Source of the DNA: Caldisericota bacterium
GTDB taxonomy: Bacteria > Caldisericota > Caldisericia > JAAYUI01
Length of the DNA stretch: 64,000 nucleotides
Assembly: GCA_029548865.1 (NCBI GenBank)
Contig: JAKPMO010000002.1
Span: 245,169-309,168, forward strand
Direction of reading: 5' to 3'
Below, piece after piece: positions 36,920 through 47,760 of the stretch (position 1 is the stretch's first letter; the number at the start of each line of letters is the position of its first letter). Below the pieces are notes generated by a model. The model was not told where the DNA came from. It searched no databases and worked only from the letters and a program-made list of their open reading frames with translations. A program made the position numbers and the translations under genes.

Positions 36920-38181
36920 TGTCATCTTTCTGTTTTTTGACAATCGGTTGTCAAATGAATGTTTCTGATTCAGAGTTCTATTCGAGCATCCTGCTTGAGT
37001 CAGGGTTCGTTGAGGCCCCTGAGGAAGAAGCGGACATTATTTTCATAAACACCTGTGCAGTCAGGGAAGGCTCAGTTCACAAACTGGATTCGAAACTTGG
37101 CGAACTCTACAAGAGGAAAAGGCAGACAGGCCTTCCAAAAATAGGGGTTGTTGGGTGTGTTCCGGCTATAGACCTGAAGAGTTTCAAAAAAAGGCACAAA
37201 CAGGTTGATTTTGTCCTGGGCACATACCATGACAGGGAATCAATGCAGGGTGCTCTGGAAGAAGCCTTGGGATTTGAGCTCGAGCATGGCATTTCTCCGA
37301 GGGCGTCTTCAGTTTCGGCGTTTGTACCTATAACAACTGGTTGTGACAGCTTCTGTACCTATTGCATTGTCCCGTACACGAGGGGCAGGCTTGTTTCCAG
37401 AGAGATTGAAGAAATCCTTTCTGAGGCAAAATCATATATTGAATCCGGGGCCAAAGAAATTGTCCTTCTTGGCCAGAATGTGAATGCCTATGGTTTGGAC
37501 AAAGGCAAAAAGGACGCTTTTGTCGATCTGGTACGTAGAGTGTCAGAACTTCCAGGCGTTCTCAGGGTCAGATTCATAACTTCCCATCCAAAAGACATGG
37601 ATAAAGAGACCCTTTTGAAACTGAGGGAAATAAAAAACCTTGCCTGGTTTTTCCATCTTCCCATACAGGCTGGCTCGGATGAAGTCCTCTCAAGGATGAA
37701 CAGGCGCTATACTGTAGAGGACTACAGGAAGCTTGTTGAAAATGTGAGAAAAATATTCCCAGGGGCCGGCGTGACAACCGATGTTATTGTCGGTTTCCCT
37801 GGCGAAACTGAAGAGCAATTCGAGCAGACGATGGCACTTTTCAGGGAGCTCCGTTTTGAACAGGCATACATGGCGATGTACTCGCAAAGGCCAAAGACCC
37901 CTGCGGCCAATTTCTCCGGCCAGGTTGACAGGGAGGAATTGCACCGAAGGGTAAGCACCATTGTGGAGCAGCAAAAGAGGATTGCCGAACAGGTTGGCGC
38001 GGACTATGTTGGCAGGGTCCTTAGCGTGCTGGTCGAAAATGTTGAAGATGGGCATTCTTTTGGGCTCTCGGAGACCGGCAGGCTTGTCAAGATAAAGGGC
38101 CAGTTTGAAAAAGGGACAATTGTAAAGGTAAAAATAAGCAAGCCTGGTATGAGGAGTCTGGAGGGTGAACCTGTCCAATGA
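36919..38181 (+). CDS. miaB: tRNA methylthiotransferase MiaB
   Basis: GCQMN..DSE, NTCAVR, GCDSFCTYCIVPYTRG and TRAM domain. Confidence 0.9.
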   Translation: MSSFCFLTIGCQMNVSDSEFYSSILLESGFVEAPEEEADIIFINTCAVREGSVHKLDSKLGELYKRKRQTGLPKIGVVGCVPAIDLKSFKKRHKQVDFVLGTYHDRESMQGALEEALGFELEHGISPRASSVSAFVPITTGCDSFCTYCIVPYTRGRLVSREIEEILSEAKSYIESGAKEIVLLGQNVNAYGLDKGKKDAFVDLVRRVSELPGVLRVRFITSHPKDMDKETLLKLREIKNLAWFFHLPIQAGSDEVLSRMNRRYTVEDYRKLVENVRKIFPGAGVTTDVIVGFPGETEEQFEQTMALFRELRFEQAYMAMYSQRPKTPAANFSGQVDREELHRRVSTIVEQQKRIAEQVGADYVGRVLSVLVENVEDGHSFGLSETGRLVKIKGQFEKGTIVKVKISKPGMRSLEGEPVQ

Positions 38182-39407
38182 ACCCGACAACTTATTTGTC
38201 AAAATGCGAGAGCGAGCTTTCTGGCCATTTTGCCCGAATTGACAGCATGGCTGACAGAAGGCTCATGGGAATTGTTGAAGCCTACAGAAAGGTCGGCCTC
38301 ACAAATTCTGATCTGTGTGGTTCAACTGGCTATGGGCTTGGGGATTCCTCGAGAGACAAGCTCGAAGAGGTGTACTCGATTGTTTTTGGTGGAGAGTCTG
38401 CACTCGTGAGGCCGCAGATTGCCAGCGGCACCCATGCCCTCGCGTGCGTCCTGTTTGGCCTGTCGAGGCCAGGGGACAGGATCGTTTCGATAACGGGCAC
38501 CCCTTATGAGACTTTGCAGGAAGTGATTGGCATCAGGCAATCTGTTGGTTCGCTTTCAGAATTTGGTGTTTCCTACGCTCAAACGGACTGGCGGGCTGAT
38601 GGGCCAAAAGATTTTGATTTGCTGGCCCCACCGACAAAAATCGTCATGATACAGCGTTCACCCGGATACAAAACGGGGCGGCCGGTAACGATAGACAACA
38701 TTGGGGAATGGGTGGAAGTCATCAGAAAAGCCGGCAGTGAAGCGGCCATAATGGTGGACAACTGCTATTGTGAATTTTGTTCCGAGAAGGAACCATGCCA
38801 TGCTGGTGCCGATCTTTCGGTTGGATCACTGATAAAAAATCCGGGTGGCGGGTTGGCCTTTACGGGTGGGTATGTTGTTGGTAAAAGTGACCTCATTTCC
38901 AGAATTGCCACAAGGGTCACGGCACCAGGCATCGGGGCTGAGGTCGGGGCAACGTGGGGTTTCATGCTGGATGCTTTCAGGGGGCTTTTTGCTGCCCCTT
39001 CACTTTCATCCTCTGCGCTCAAAGGGGCGCTTTTGTGGGCCAAATGTTTTGCCGGCCTTGGTTTTGAGGTGAACCCAAAGCATGATGAGGAGCACGCAGA
39101 TGTTGTGGTTTCAATAAAGCTTGATTCAAGAGAACTCTTCATGGCTTTTGGAAAGGCCATTCAGGAGGTATCGCCAATTGCTTCAGGTGCAACACCCGTC
39201 CCATTTGACCAGGGTGGGTATGACGCACCAGTGATGCTGGCCGGGGGAGGTTTCATATCCGGAGGTACATCAGATCTTTCCTGTGACGGCCTTGATAAAC
39301 CCCCTTACTGGGTTTACGTTCAGGGAGGAGCCAACATGAACCACATAAGGCTGGGAATTTTGAATGTTCTTTCTTCTTTTGAAAGGATGGGGTTTTTTGG
39401 CGCATAG
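38178..39407 (+). CDS. YnbB-like methionine gamma-lyase family (aluminium resistance) protein
   Basis: STGYG.GD..RD, LVRPQIASGTHA, IQRS.GY, VDNCY.EF and GSLIKNPGGG. Confidence 0.88.
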   Translation: MNPTTYLSKCESELSGHFARIDSMADRRLMGIVEAYRKVGLTNSDLCGSTGYGLGDSSRDKLEEVYSIVFGGESALVRPQIASGTHALACVLFGLSRPGDRIVSITGTPYETLQEVIGIRQSVGSLSEFGVSYAQTDWRADGPKDFDLLAPPTKIVMIQRSPGYKTGRPVTIDNIGEWVEVIRKAGSEAAIMVDNCYCEFCSEKEPCHAGADLSVGSLIKNPGGGLAFTGGYVVGKSDLISRIATRVTAPGIGAEVGATWGFMLDAFRGLFAAPSLSSSALKGALLWAKCFAGLGFEVNPKHDEEHADVVVSIKLDSRELFMAFGKAIQEVSPIASGATPVPFDQGGYDAPVMLAGGGFISGGTSDLSCDGLDKPPYWVYVQGGANMNHIRLGILNVLSSFERMGFFGA

Positions 39408-39792
39408 GCTCACGGTCAGGACACCAAAGAGAAACGCCTTTGTCGATATAACAAGGCTTGTCCAGGATTTTGTCTCGGTTTCAGGTTTCATTGACTGTAC
39501 AGTCAGTATTTTTTGTCCCCACACAACATGTGCTGTGACCATCAATGAGAACTCTGATCCAGACGTTGTTTCTGACGCACTCAACTTCTTCTCTGCAATG
39601 GTGCCAAAAAACAGCGGTTTTTCCCATTCCGAAGGCAACTCTGATGCACACATAAAAACAATGCTTTTTGGCAATTCAGTCAGCGTTTTTGTTGAAGGTG
39701 GCAAGCTTTTATTGGGCACATGGCAGGCAATCTATCTTGCCGAGTTTGACGGGCCAAGGGAAAGGCAAATATGGCTGAAAATAACAAAGTAG
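39397..39792 (+). CDS. yjbQ: YjbQ/UPF0047 family protein
   Basis: PHTT....INEN.DPDV, H.EGNSDAHIK and LGTWQ.I...EFDGPR; TTG start inferred. Confidence 0.9.
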   Translation: MAHRLTVRTPKRNAFVDITRLVQDFVSVSGFIDCTVSIFCPHTTCAVTINENSDPDVVSDALNFFSAMVPKNSGFSHSEGNSDAHIKTMLFGNSVSVFVEGGKLLLGTWQAIYLAEFDGPRERQIWLKITK

Positions 39793-40376
39793 TACTCGGC
39801 GTGCTCTCTGCCTGTTCCCCGCAATATGTTTTCGTAGGGAAGGGCAAAAAAGTCCTTTCGAGTCTGGAAATAAATTATTCCAACGGTGGCAATAAAACCT
39901 TGCCTGCCGTTGCCTCGTGCCTTGAGCAGGCAAAAATGACAATACAAGATGTCGATTTTTTTCTTGCGCTCTCAGGGCCAGGAAGTTTGACTGGAATAAG
40001 GACTGGTCTTTCGCCAATAAGGGCGTGGGGTTATGCGCTGAACAAACCGGTGATGGCACTTCCAACATGCGATGTTATGACCCATGGAATAATAAGGCCC
40101 GTTGTGGCAATCATTCCTTCAAGGACAAATGAATACTGGGTGCAAACGTTCACAGACAACATGAGTGAAGTACCTATGATTATCAATGCCAGCTCTCTTG
40201 ATGCTTATGATATCGAAGGATATACGTGGATGTCCCCAAAAGAACTTTCACCGACCAACGCGAGCTTTGTGCTGTCCTCTCCAAAACCGGAGCAAGCGCT
40301 TGAGCTTTCTATGGAAACACAGGCCCAGTCATGGATGAGGGCCTTGCCAAAATACCTTTTCGAGATGGAAGTATGA
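39771..40376 (+). CDS. tsaB: tRNA threonylcarbamoyladenosine biosynthesis protein TsaB
   Basis: GPGSLTGIR.G motif; upstream of rimI-tsaD. Confidence 0.82.
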   Translation: MAENNKVVLGVLSACSPQYVFVGKGKKVLSSLEINYSNGGNKTLPAVASCLEQAKMTIQDVDFFLALSGPGSLTGIRTGLSPIRAWGYALNKPVMALPTCDVMTHGIIRPVVAIIPSRTNEYWVQTFTDNMSEVPMIINASSLDAYDIEGYTWMSPKELSPTNASFVLSSPKPEQALELSMETQAQSWMRALPKYLFEMEV

Positions 40377-40816
40377 TAGAGATAAGAAGGGCCAAGCCGC
40401 TTGATTTTGAAAAGGTCTATGAGATCGAGTGCCTTGTAAAAAAACAGCCATGGGGGATGCTGGATTTTTATGATGATTTCATCAACAATCCCAGGTCCAT
40501 ATGGTATATTGCAGAAAAAAACGGGGAAATAATTGGCTTTGGCGGCATGTGGAGGGGTGTGGACGAGTTTCACATTGTTAATCTGGCAATAACCAATCCG
40601 GAGCGTGGAAAAGGCTACGGTAAAGAGCTTGTAAAGAAGATGCTTGAGGACGCCATGTCTGAAAAACCGAACATGGTCTTGCTTGAAGTCAGGGCGAGCA
40701 ACGCCGTTGCAAAAGGCCTTTACATCCAGTTTGGTTTCAGGGAGCTCTATGTGAGAAAAAATTACTACCAGGAAGATGGCGAAGACGGGATCATCATGGT
40801 ACTGGAGAGCAAATGA
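40373..40816 (+). CDS. rimI: Ribosomal protein S18 N-acetyltransferase
   Basis: RGKGYG, LEVRASN..A..LY..FGF and RKNYY..GED. Confidence 0.9.
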   Translation: MIEIRRAKPLDFEKVYEIECLVKKQPWGMLDFYDDFINNPRSIWYIAEKNGEIIGFGGMWRGVDEFHIVNLAITNPERGKGYGKELVKKMLEDAMSEKPNMVLLEVRASNAVAKGLYIQFGFRELYVRKNYYQEDGEDGIIMVLESK

Positions 40817-41811
40817 TATCACTAGGGATTGAAACGTCATGCGATGATACCTCTGTCGGCATTGTGGACCAGTCTGGCAAGATTCTTGCGCAGATAAGGG
40901 CCTCACAGGACAGGGTGCACCAAGTCTGGGGTGGAATAGTGCCAGAACTCGCCTCGAGGGCCCACCTTGAAAACATCCTCCCAGTTGTTGACATGGCCTT
41001 CAGGGAATCAATGATCCATCCTGATGATGTTGATATTATCACCTGTGCCTATGGGCCAGGTCTTGTGGGGAGCCTTCTGGTGGGCATAGAGACGGCAAAG
41101 GCCCTTTCTCTGGCATGGAACAAACCACTTATTGGCGTCAATCATCTGAGGGGCCACCTGGCTGCTGTAATGCTTGCGTGTCCAGAAATGGCGATGCCGT
41201 CGCTTGGTCTCCTTGTTTCCGGTGGGCATTCAGAAGTCATTTATATTGAACCGGATTCTACTGTCAAAATGCTTGGAGAAACCAGGGATGATGCCGCCGG
41301 TGAAACACTCGACAAGTTTGGAAGAGTGCTTGGTCTTACCTATCCAGCCGGCCCTGAAATAGACAGGATGACCTTTATTGGCGATCAGAATGCGATACAG
41401 TTTCCTGTGACGAAACTGAAAGACGGAAGCATGGATTTCAGTTTTTCCGGTCTCAAGACTGCAGGTGTGAGGGCCATAGAAAAACACCCTGAAATGTCAA
41501 AGGAAGATTTGGCTTCATCTTTTATGAAGGCTGTTGTTGACCAGCTACTCGACAGATTGCTTCTGGCAATTGAAAAAACAGAGGCAAAATCAATCTTTAT
41601 AGTCGGAGGCGTTGCTTCAAGCGCATACCTGAAAGAGCGTGTGACCAAACTTGGTGACTCAGTCGGACTTCCGGTTTTTGTTCCCCCCCCCTCCCTTTGC
41701 ACCGATAATGGATCAATGATAGCCTATTGCGGGTTTCTCTATCAACAGTTCGGGAGAAAATCCGGGCTCGATCTCCAGCCACAATCCAGATTGCCGATCA
41801 CGGCCATGTGA
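40813..41811 (+). CDS. tsaD: tRNA N6-adenosine threonylcarbamoyltransferase
   Basis: GIETSCDDT, GGIVPELASRAH, H..GH, VSGGHS and TDNG.MIA. Confidence 0.95.
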   Translation: MISLGIETSCDDTSVGIVDQSGKILAQIRASQDRVHQVWGGIVPELASRAHLENILPVVDMAFRESMIHPDDVDIITCAYGPGLVGSLLVGIETAKALSLAWNKPLIGVNHLRGHLAAVMLACPEMAMPSLGLLVSGGHSEVIYIEPDSTVKMLGETRDDAAGETLDKFGRVLGLTYPAGPEIDRMTFIGDQNAIQFPVTKLKDGSMDFSFSGLKTAGVRAIEKHPEMSKEDLASSFMKAVVDQLLDRLLLAIEKTEAKSIFIVGGVASSAYLKERVTKLGDSVGLPVFVPPPSLCTDNGSMIAYCGFLYQQFGRKSGLDLQPQSRLPITAM

Positions 41812-41864
41812 TTCGTTGACAAGTTAAATCCGAAGGTTAAAATGATTTTGACCAAGGAGGTTAA

Positions 41865-42602
41865 ATGAGTAATCAAGTGCCGCCAAACAAGAAGAAAATT
41901 CTGGTTATAGACGATGAACACAGGATCGTCGAGACCATAACATACAACCTGAGGGCTGAAGGCTATACGGTTTTTACAGCTGCAACAGCTGAAGAAGGTC
42001 TTGAGCAGCTCAGGAGGAGACAGCCTGATCTGGTTGTCCTTGACCTCATGCTTCCTGGAATGAGTGGCACCGATTTTTTACGCATAATACGTCAGGAGTC
42101 ACAGGTCCCTGTTATCATTCTTACTGCAAAAACATCTGAAATAGACAAAGTTGTCAATCTGAAGATGGGTTCTGACGACTACATGACAAAGCCGTACTCG
42201 TTTGCAGAGCTTCTTGCAAGGATTGAAGCCCTATTGAGACGCACCAACCAGGCCCCAAAGATTGCCGAGGAGAGGGCACCCGAAGAGATCAGGGTTGGCG
42301 ACCTCTACATGAACTACTCGAAGAGGGAATGCGTCATAAACGGCAAACCGGTCAACCTTGGTTATAAGGAATTTGAAATACTGTGGTTCCTTGCAAGCAA
42401 TCCGGACAAGGTTTTCAGAAGAGATGACATTATGAGCAAGGTCTGGGGTATCGAGGGCATTCCGCTTGATACGAAGACGGTTGATGTGCATATCCGCTGG
42501 ATCCGCAAAAAAATTGAGCCAGAGCCAGAGAATCCAAAGTACATAGAAACTGTGAGGGGCGTGGGCTACAAATTCTCCACGCACAAGGCATCTGAAAATT
42601 GA
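41865..42602 (+). CDS. OmpR/PhoB-family response regulator
   Basis: DLMLPGMSG, DDYMTKP and TVDVHIRWIRKKIE. Confidence 0.93.
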   Translation: MSNQVPPNKKKILVIDDEHRIVETITYNLRAEGYTVFTAATAEEGLEQLRRRQPDLVVLDLMLPGMSGTDFLRIIRQESQVPVIILTAKTSEIDKVVNLKMGSDDYMTKPYSFAELLARIEALLRRTNQAPKIAEERAPEEIRVGDLYMNYSKRECVINGKPVNLGYKEFEILWFLASNPDKVFRRDDIMSKVWGIEGIPLDTKTVDVHIRWIRKKIEPEPENPKYIETVRGVGYKFSTHKASEN

Positions 42603-44380
42603 ACCTTTGGGTTAGGCTATTTCTAACCTTCCTTATCTGCCTTTCGCTGACCCTCTCGATGTTGGGGGTCTTTTTTGCGTTGACCTTCAGGGATTACTAC
42701 GAAACAGAACTCTTCAATAGGATGCTCTTTCAAGCTGATGTTTTAGAGCCGCGCCTAAAATCATTTATTTTGAGCGGCAACCCTTTTGGGGTTAGTGATT
42801 TTCTCAAGGAAGAATCAAACAAATTCCCTTTGCTTGGGCTTTCCCTGCTGGACTCAAATGGAAAAGTCGTATCGTCGACATGGGGACAAAAGGGTGATGA
42901 CTGGTCTGGTTTTCCAGAAGTTGCATCTGTTTTGAAGAGGGAAAATGGTTTTAATATCAGAACTTTTGATTTCGAAAAACAAGCCTTTGTTGCAACCCCC
43001 ATTGTATCTGATCAGGAGATTGTTGGAATAATAGTAATGAGGAGCTCGATGGAGCCTGTTAGTGCAGGCACAAGTCAGGTTATAAGATTCATTATTGGCA
43101 CATTCCTCATAGCCTTGCTTGCAGGTGTCCTCATGGTTTATTCGTCAGTGCGCATACAGACGCAACCGTTGCAAAGCCTCATTGAATCTGCAAGAAGTAT
43201 AAGCCTGGGGAACCTTGATGAAACATTTGAATCGAGGTCAAGTGATGAGGTTGGACAGCTTGGGAGGGTCCTGCAGATAATGGTGACCAGACTCAAGAGT
43301 GCCCTCAGGGAAGCAGGCGAGGAACGGAGCCGCTTTCAGGCGATTTTTTCAAACATGGTCGATGGTCTCCTGCTAATTGACAGCAACGGCAAGATATTGC
43401 TTGCCAACAACTCCTTTCTCACGATTTTTGGTGTTTCGTTCAAGGACATAATCGGTATCCAGGTTGATAATTCTGTTTTGCCGCTTCAATTATCGGCAAT
43501 CATCCTCAGGGGCGAGGATGGGGTTGATTCAGAGATGATTCTGGAAAAACCAGCCAAGAGGGTCCTCAGGATAAGAACGGCGACTATTGAACAGGATGGC
43601 TGTGCCATAGGCACCCTTTCAATATGCGAAGACATTACGCGCATGAAGCTGCTGGAATCATCAGAGCAGGAGTTTGTCCAGTATATAAGCCATGAGCTGA
43701 AAACTCCTCTTGCATCTCTTTCAGCCAGCATTGAGACCATCACCACTAAGGCAAAACACGATCCAGAAGCACAGGCCAAGTTTCTGGGCAATATGGGTGA
43801 AGACGTCCACAGGCTCACTGATCTTGTAAATTCGATTCTCACTTATCAGCGGATAAGGGACACTGGCGAACAGATGTTCAAATTTGGGGCAGTCGAGATG
43901 GTGCTGGACGTTCACGGCAGGTTTCTGGCCTATGCAAACAAAAGAAAAATACACTTTGATTTTGAAGTCCCTGATGACGAAGTTTATGTTATTGCCAATA
44001 AGGACAGAATAATACAGGTTTTGATTAATTTCATCGATAACGCGATAAGATTTACTCCAGAAGGTGGCAAGGTCGTTGTCGGTATTGAGAACACGCCTGA
44101 CTCAAGGAGAGTTAAGTTCTATGTTTCAGATACTGGGATAGGAATCCCGAAAGAATATATTGGAAAAATAGGGGAAAGGTTTATCAAAATTCCCAGAAAA
44201 GACCATAAATTCGACACCCAGGTGGGGCTTGGGGTCTCTATATGCAAGGAAATCTTAAGACGTCATGGGAGTCCACTTGAAGTGGCGTCTGAAGAAGGCA
44301 AAGGTACGACTTTTAGCTTCTACCTCAAGAGGGCAACTCAGTCAAACTCGAGGGAAAAATCTGCTGATTTGACGGAGTGA
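42599..44380 (+). CDS. HAMP-PAS sensor histidine kinase (PhoR/WalK-like)
   Basis: Two TM helices, HAMP, PAS, SHELKTPL, NFIDNA and DTGIGIP. Confidence 0.92.
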   Translation: MNLWVRLFLTFLICLSLTLSMLGVFFALTFRDYYETELFNRMLFQADVLEPRLKSFILSGNPFGVSDFLKEESNKFPLLGLSLLDSNGKVVSSTWGQKGDDWSGFPEVASVLKRENGFNIRTFDFEKQAFVATPIVSDQEIVGIIVMRSSMEPVSAGTSQVIRFIIGTFLIALLAGVLMVYSSVRIQTQPLQSLIESARSISLGNLDETFESRSSDEVGQLGRVLQIMVTRLKSALREAGEERSRFQAIFSNMVDGLLLIDSNGKILLANNSFLTIFGVSFKDIIGIQVDNSVLPLQLSAIILRGEDGVDSEMILEKPAKRVLRIRTATIEQDGCAIGTLSICEDITRMKLLESSEQEFVQYISHELKTPLASLSASIETITTKAKHDPEAQAKFLGNMGEDVHRLTDLVNSILTYQRIRDTGEQMFKFGAVEMVLDVHGRFLAYANKRKIHFDFEVPDDEVYVIANKDRIIQVLINFIDNAIRFTPEGGKVVVGIENTPDSRRVKFYVSDTGIGIPKEYIGKIGERFIKIPRKDHKFDTQVGLGVSICKEILRRHGSPLEVASEEGKGTTFSFYLKRATQSNSREKSADLTE

Positions 44381-45168
44381 GTCAAAAAGCCCATCGAAAT
44401 TACATCAACTCCTGATTCGGCATAATCTCTTGCATTTTGTGGTGTTATCTTGCCGGAGGCTTCAAGGATAACGTGGGGTGGTTTCATTCTGGCGATTTCT
44501 TTTATCTGGTCCGGGGTCGTGTTGTCGAGCATGACAATGTCTGCTCCAGCATCAAAAGCCTCTTTTGCCTCGCTTGCGCAGGTTACCTCGACTTCCACTT
44601 TCATGACATGGGAAACTTTTGATTTTGCGAGAAAGACTGCTTTTGAAACAGACCCTACGGCCCTTATGTGGTTGTCTTTGATAAGCACAAGAGAAGATAG
44701 ATCCATTCGGTGGTTTGTGCCACCACCCACCATCACCGCATGCCTCTGGATTCCTCTTAGTAAAGGCAGGGTTTTTCTTGTGTCCGTAACATGACAGCCT
44801 GTCCCTTCAATGCTCTCCACGACGGCCCTTGTTTGCGTGGCTATGCCTGACATGTGGTTCAGGAAATTCAGGGCCACCCTTTCGGCCATCAGCATGCCCT
44901 TTGTCGGGCCAAATATCCTTGCGGCCGTTTCGCCGGGTTTTATCAAAGTTCCTTCCTTGATGTGAAAATCACACTGTATGAGCGGGTCGACCTCTTCAAA
45001 GGCCATTGTGAAGGGATATTCTCCACAGAGGACGCATTCCGATTTGCACAAGAGCCTTGCGCCGATCATGTCGTCTTCCGGCACCATGATGGACGAAGTG
45101 ATATCGCCCCAGGCAAGATCCTCTTCAAGCGCTTTCCTCACGAGGTTTCTTATAGTCAGCTGTTCCAT
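44338..45168 (-). CDS. nadC: Nicotinate-nucleotide pyrophosphorylase (quinolinate phosphoribosyltransferase)
   Basis: ERVALN, DTRKT.P, NHR.DL, IKDNH, EVEV and MLDN. Confidence 0.95.
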   Translation of the reverse strand: MEQLTIRNLVRKALEEDLAWGDITSSIMVPEDDMIGARLLCKSECVLCGEYPFTMAFEEVDPLIQCDFHIKEGTLIKPGETAARIFGPTKGMLMAERVALNFLNHMSGIATQTRAVVESIEGTGCHVTDTRKTLPLLRGIQRHAVMVGGGTNHRMDLSSLVLIKDNHIRAVGSVSKAVFLAKSKVSHVMKVEVEVTCASEAKEAFDAGADIVMLDNTTPDQIKEIARMKPPHVILEASGKITPQNARDYAESGVDVISMGFLTHSVKSADFSLEFD

Positions 45169-46787
45169 GAATAGCCGTCCTTTTTGCTCGTTCCAACCTC
45201 AATCTCAAGGTGTTTTCCATCAAGTTTTGCCTTTGTATGAACCCTCAGGTTGCCCCATATCGCATCTTTGGCCTGGTAATCAGTTCTCATATGACTTCCC
45301 CTCGATTCCTTCCTCTCCAGGGAAGACATTGTGATGATCGAGGTGACAGTGTACATGTTTGCAAGCTCCAGGGAGCCAAGGGAGGCCGATTCCGGAACAA
45401 TCAGTGTGCCCTGCCTCAATTTTGACAGGTGTCGCTCCATCTTCCTCTCTTCTCTTACCAGTCCAATATTTTCCCAGTTCTCGAGCCTCAGTTCTGAACG
45501 GGTGTAGGGTTCCCTGTCATACTGCGGCTTGAAAGGTCTCTCTGGCGGGCCAGCTTTTCTTGAGTCTTCGAGTACTGATTTGGCGCCAAGGGAGCCAGTT
45601 ACCAGTGCTTCCGGGATTGAATTTGATGCCAGCCTGTTTGCCCCGTGCATCCCGTTTGATCCGGCTTCACCGCAGGCATATAGGCCCTTTATTGAGGTCC
45701 TGCAGGAAAGGTCTGTTTCAATGCCGCCCATCATGTAATGGGCACCAGGTGAAACAGGGATGGGCTGCTGTGTTGGATCAAACCCTGCCTTGAGGCACTG
45801 GGAATAAACGGTTGGAAATCTTTTTTGAAAAAACCCTCTTTCAAATTTGGTTGTGTCGAGATAGACCCAGGGTGAACCGGAAAGCTTCATCTCGTTGAAG
45901 CAGGCCCTTGATACGATGTCTCTTGGGGCCAGTTCTGCCTTTTCGTGGTATCTGGGCATGAACCTTTCCTGCTTGTCATTCAAGAGAAACGCGCCCTCAC
46001 CGCGTATTGCTTCGGTCACCAGAAATGGTTGCCCCTGTATTGCGAAGCAAACTGTCGGGTGGAACTGCACAAATTCCATGTCAACAAGCGTTGCACCTGC
46101 ACGAAGGGCCATTGCCATTCCATCACCCGTGGCCACACGTGGATTGCTTGTGTAGAAGTAGAGCTGGCCAGACCCACCGGTTGCAATGATTACATTCGGT
46201 GCCGAGAACATGACATCGTTGTCTTCTATGATTGCAGAAACGCCGGCAACTTCACCGTTATCGTCCTGGAGAATATCGACAACGAACGCCTCTTCAAAAA
46301 TGGTTGCCTGTGAGCCAGTCTTGAGCTGGTCAACCATTGTTTGCGAAATCATTTTTCCGGTCTGGTCCCCGCCGGCGTGAATTATCCTTCTCACCGAGTG
46401 GAAAGCTTCCCTGCCAAGTATGAAATGGCCCTCATTGTCGAGGTCAAACGGGACGCCCATCTGGTTCAATTCTTCTATGATCAGGGGCGTTTGCTCCTCT
46501 ATCATTTTGACAGCACTTTCACGGCAGAGGCCATCCCCGGCCTTTATGGTGTCTGATTTCCAGAGCTCAATAGAATCGCCTTCGCCAAGGGAGGCGGCGA
46601 GGCCTCCCTGTGCGTAGAAAGAGTTTGAATCAACCAGTCTCTCTTTGGTTATCAGTGCCACCCTCATTTCCCTTGAGAGCCTCATGGTGGCGATTACACC
46701 AGCTATTCCGGACCCGACAACGATTGCATCAAACTCCCAGTTTTCTTTTGCTGAAGAGCCTGCTATATACCTGGGAATTTTAACCAT
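45156..46787 (-). CDS. nadB: L-aspartate oxidase
   Basis: GSGIAG, AQGG, QFHPT, TEAIRGEGA, HYMMGG and HGANRLASNS. Confidence 0.93.
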   Translation of the reverse strand: MVKIPRYIAGSSAKENWEFDAIVVGSGIAGVIATMRLSREMRVALITKERLVDSNSFYAQGGLAASLGEGDSIELWKSDTIKAGDGLCRESAVKMIEEQTPLIIEELNQMGVPFDLDNEGHFILGREAFHSVRRIIHAGGDQTGKMISQTMVDQLKTGSQATIFEEAFVVDILQDDNGEVAGVSAIIEDNDVMFSAPNVIIATGGSGQLYFYTSNPRVATGDGMAMALRAGATLVDMEFVQFHPTVCFAIQGQPFLVTEAIRGEGAFLLNDKQERFMPRYHEKAELAPRDIVSRACFNEMKLSGSPWVYLDTTKFERGFFQKRFPTVYSQCLKAGFDPTQQPIPVSPGAHYMMGGIETDLSCRTSIKGLYACGEAGSNGMHGANRLASNSIPEALVTGSLGAKSVLEDSRKAGPPERPFKPQYDREPYTRSELRLENWENIGLVREERKMERHLSKLRQGTLIVPESASLGSLELANMYTVTSIITMSSLERKESRGSHMRTDYQAKDAIWGNLRVHTKAKLDGKHLEIEVGTSKKDGYSWNS

Positions 46788-47682
46788 GCATCCTCTCGAT
46801 TGCTATTCTTGCCTTGTCGGCTATTTCTTTGTCGACTGTTATCACATGCTTCTCTTCCCGCAGTGATTCCAGGAGTTTTTCCAGCGTGGTTTTTTTCATG
46901 TTTGGGCAGGTGATGTTTTTGGTGGCAAGGACAAACCTTTCACCGGGAAACATTTTTTCAAGTCTCTGCTTCATTCCGGTTTCTGTGGCGATTATGAAGC
47001 ACCTTCCAGGGTTCTCTTTTACATAGGTTATCATGCCCGATGTTCCACAAATATGATCAGATAACTCCCTTACTTTTGGGTTTGATTCGGGGTGTGAAAC
47101 CAGGAGCGCATCTGGATGGTAGGCCTTTGTTGTTCTCACCTGGTCTGCATCCATGAGCCAGTGGATTGGGCAATACCCATTAAAAATATGAAGGGTTTTC
47201 TTTGTTTTTGAGGCAATCCATGACCCAAGCCCCTGGTCCGGGATGAATATTATTTCGTCAGAGTCTATTTTTTCAACGATTTTCAAAGCGTTTGCCGATG
47301 TGCAGATGACATCCGAGAGCGCCTTAACTTCAATGGGTGAGTTGATGTAGCAGACAACCTTTGCTTTTGGGTATTTTTTCTTCATTTCTACAACATCTTC
47401 CGGAGTTATCATGTTTGCAAGGGGGCAACCTGCCTCCTCAATTGCGATCATGATTTTCTTTTCCGGTGAAAGCACCGATGCTGTTTCGGCCATAAATTTT
47501 ACAGCGCAGAACATGATTTTCTTGCTACCAGATTCCATGGCCTTTTTTGACAGATCAAGCGAGTCGCCGACATAATCAGCAATTTCTTGGATTTCCATCG
47601 GCTGGTAACTGTGGGCAAGTATGAAAATGCCCTTTTCTTTGGCAATCTTGCGGATTTCACTTTGAAGAGCACTGGTATCCAT
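46780..47682 (-). CDS. nadA: Quinolinate synthase
   Basis: LAHSYQ, GDSL, FMAET, YINS, CTSANA, HPE and CPNMKK. Confidence 0.95.
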   Translation of the reverse strand: MDTSALQSEIRKIAKEKGIFILAHSYQPMEIQEIADYVGDSLDLSKKAMESGSKKIMFCAVKFMAETASVLSPEKKIMIAIEEAGCPLANMITPEDVVEMKKKYPKAKVVCYINSPIEVKALSDVICTSANALKIVEKIDSDEIIFIPDQGLGSWIASKTKKTLHIFNGYCPIHWLMDADQVRTTKAYHPDALLVSHPESNPKVRELSDHICGTSGMITYVKENPGRCFIIATETGMKQRLEKMFPGERFVLATKNITCPNMKKTTLEKLLESLREEKHVITVDKEIADKARIAIERMHG

Positions 47683-47760
47683 TGACTCGAATTTAATACA
47701 TTTGATCTGATTTTCAACAGTCTTGAAAGGCAATGTTTATAAAAATATACTTTTTATGAA

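Noticed and set aside
41683..41691. C9 tract in tsaD as a phase-variation site
   Set aside because: In frame, encodes the Pro run before LCTDN in a normally essential gene.
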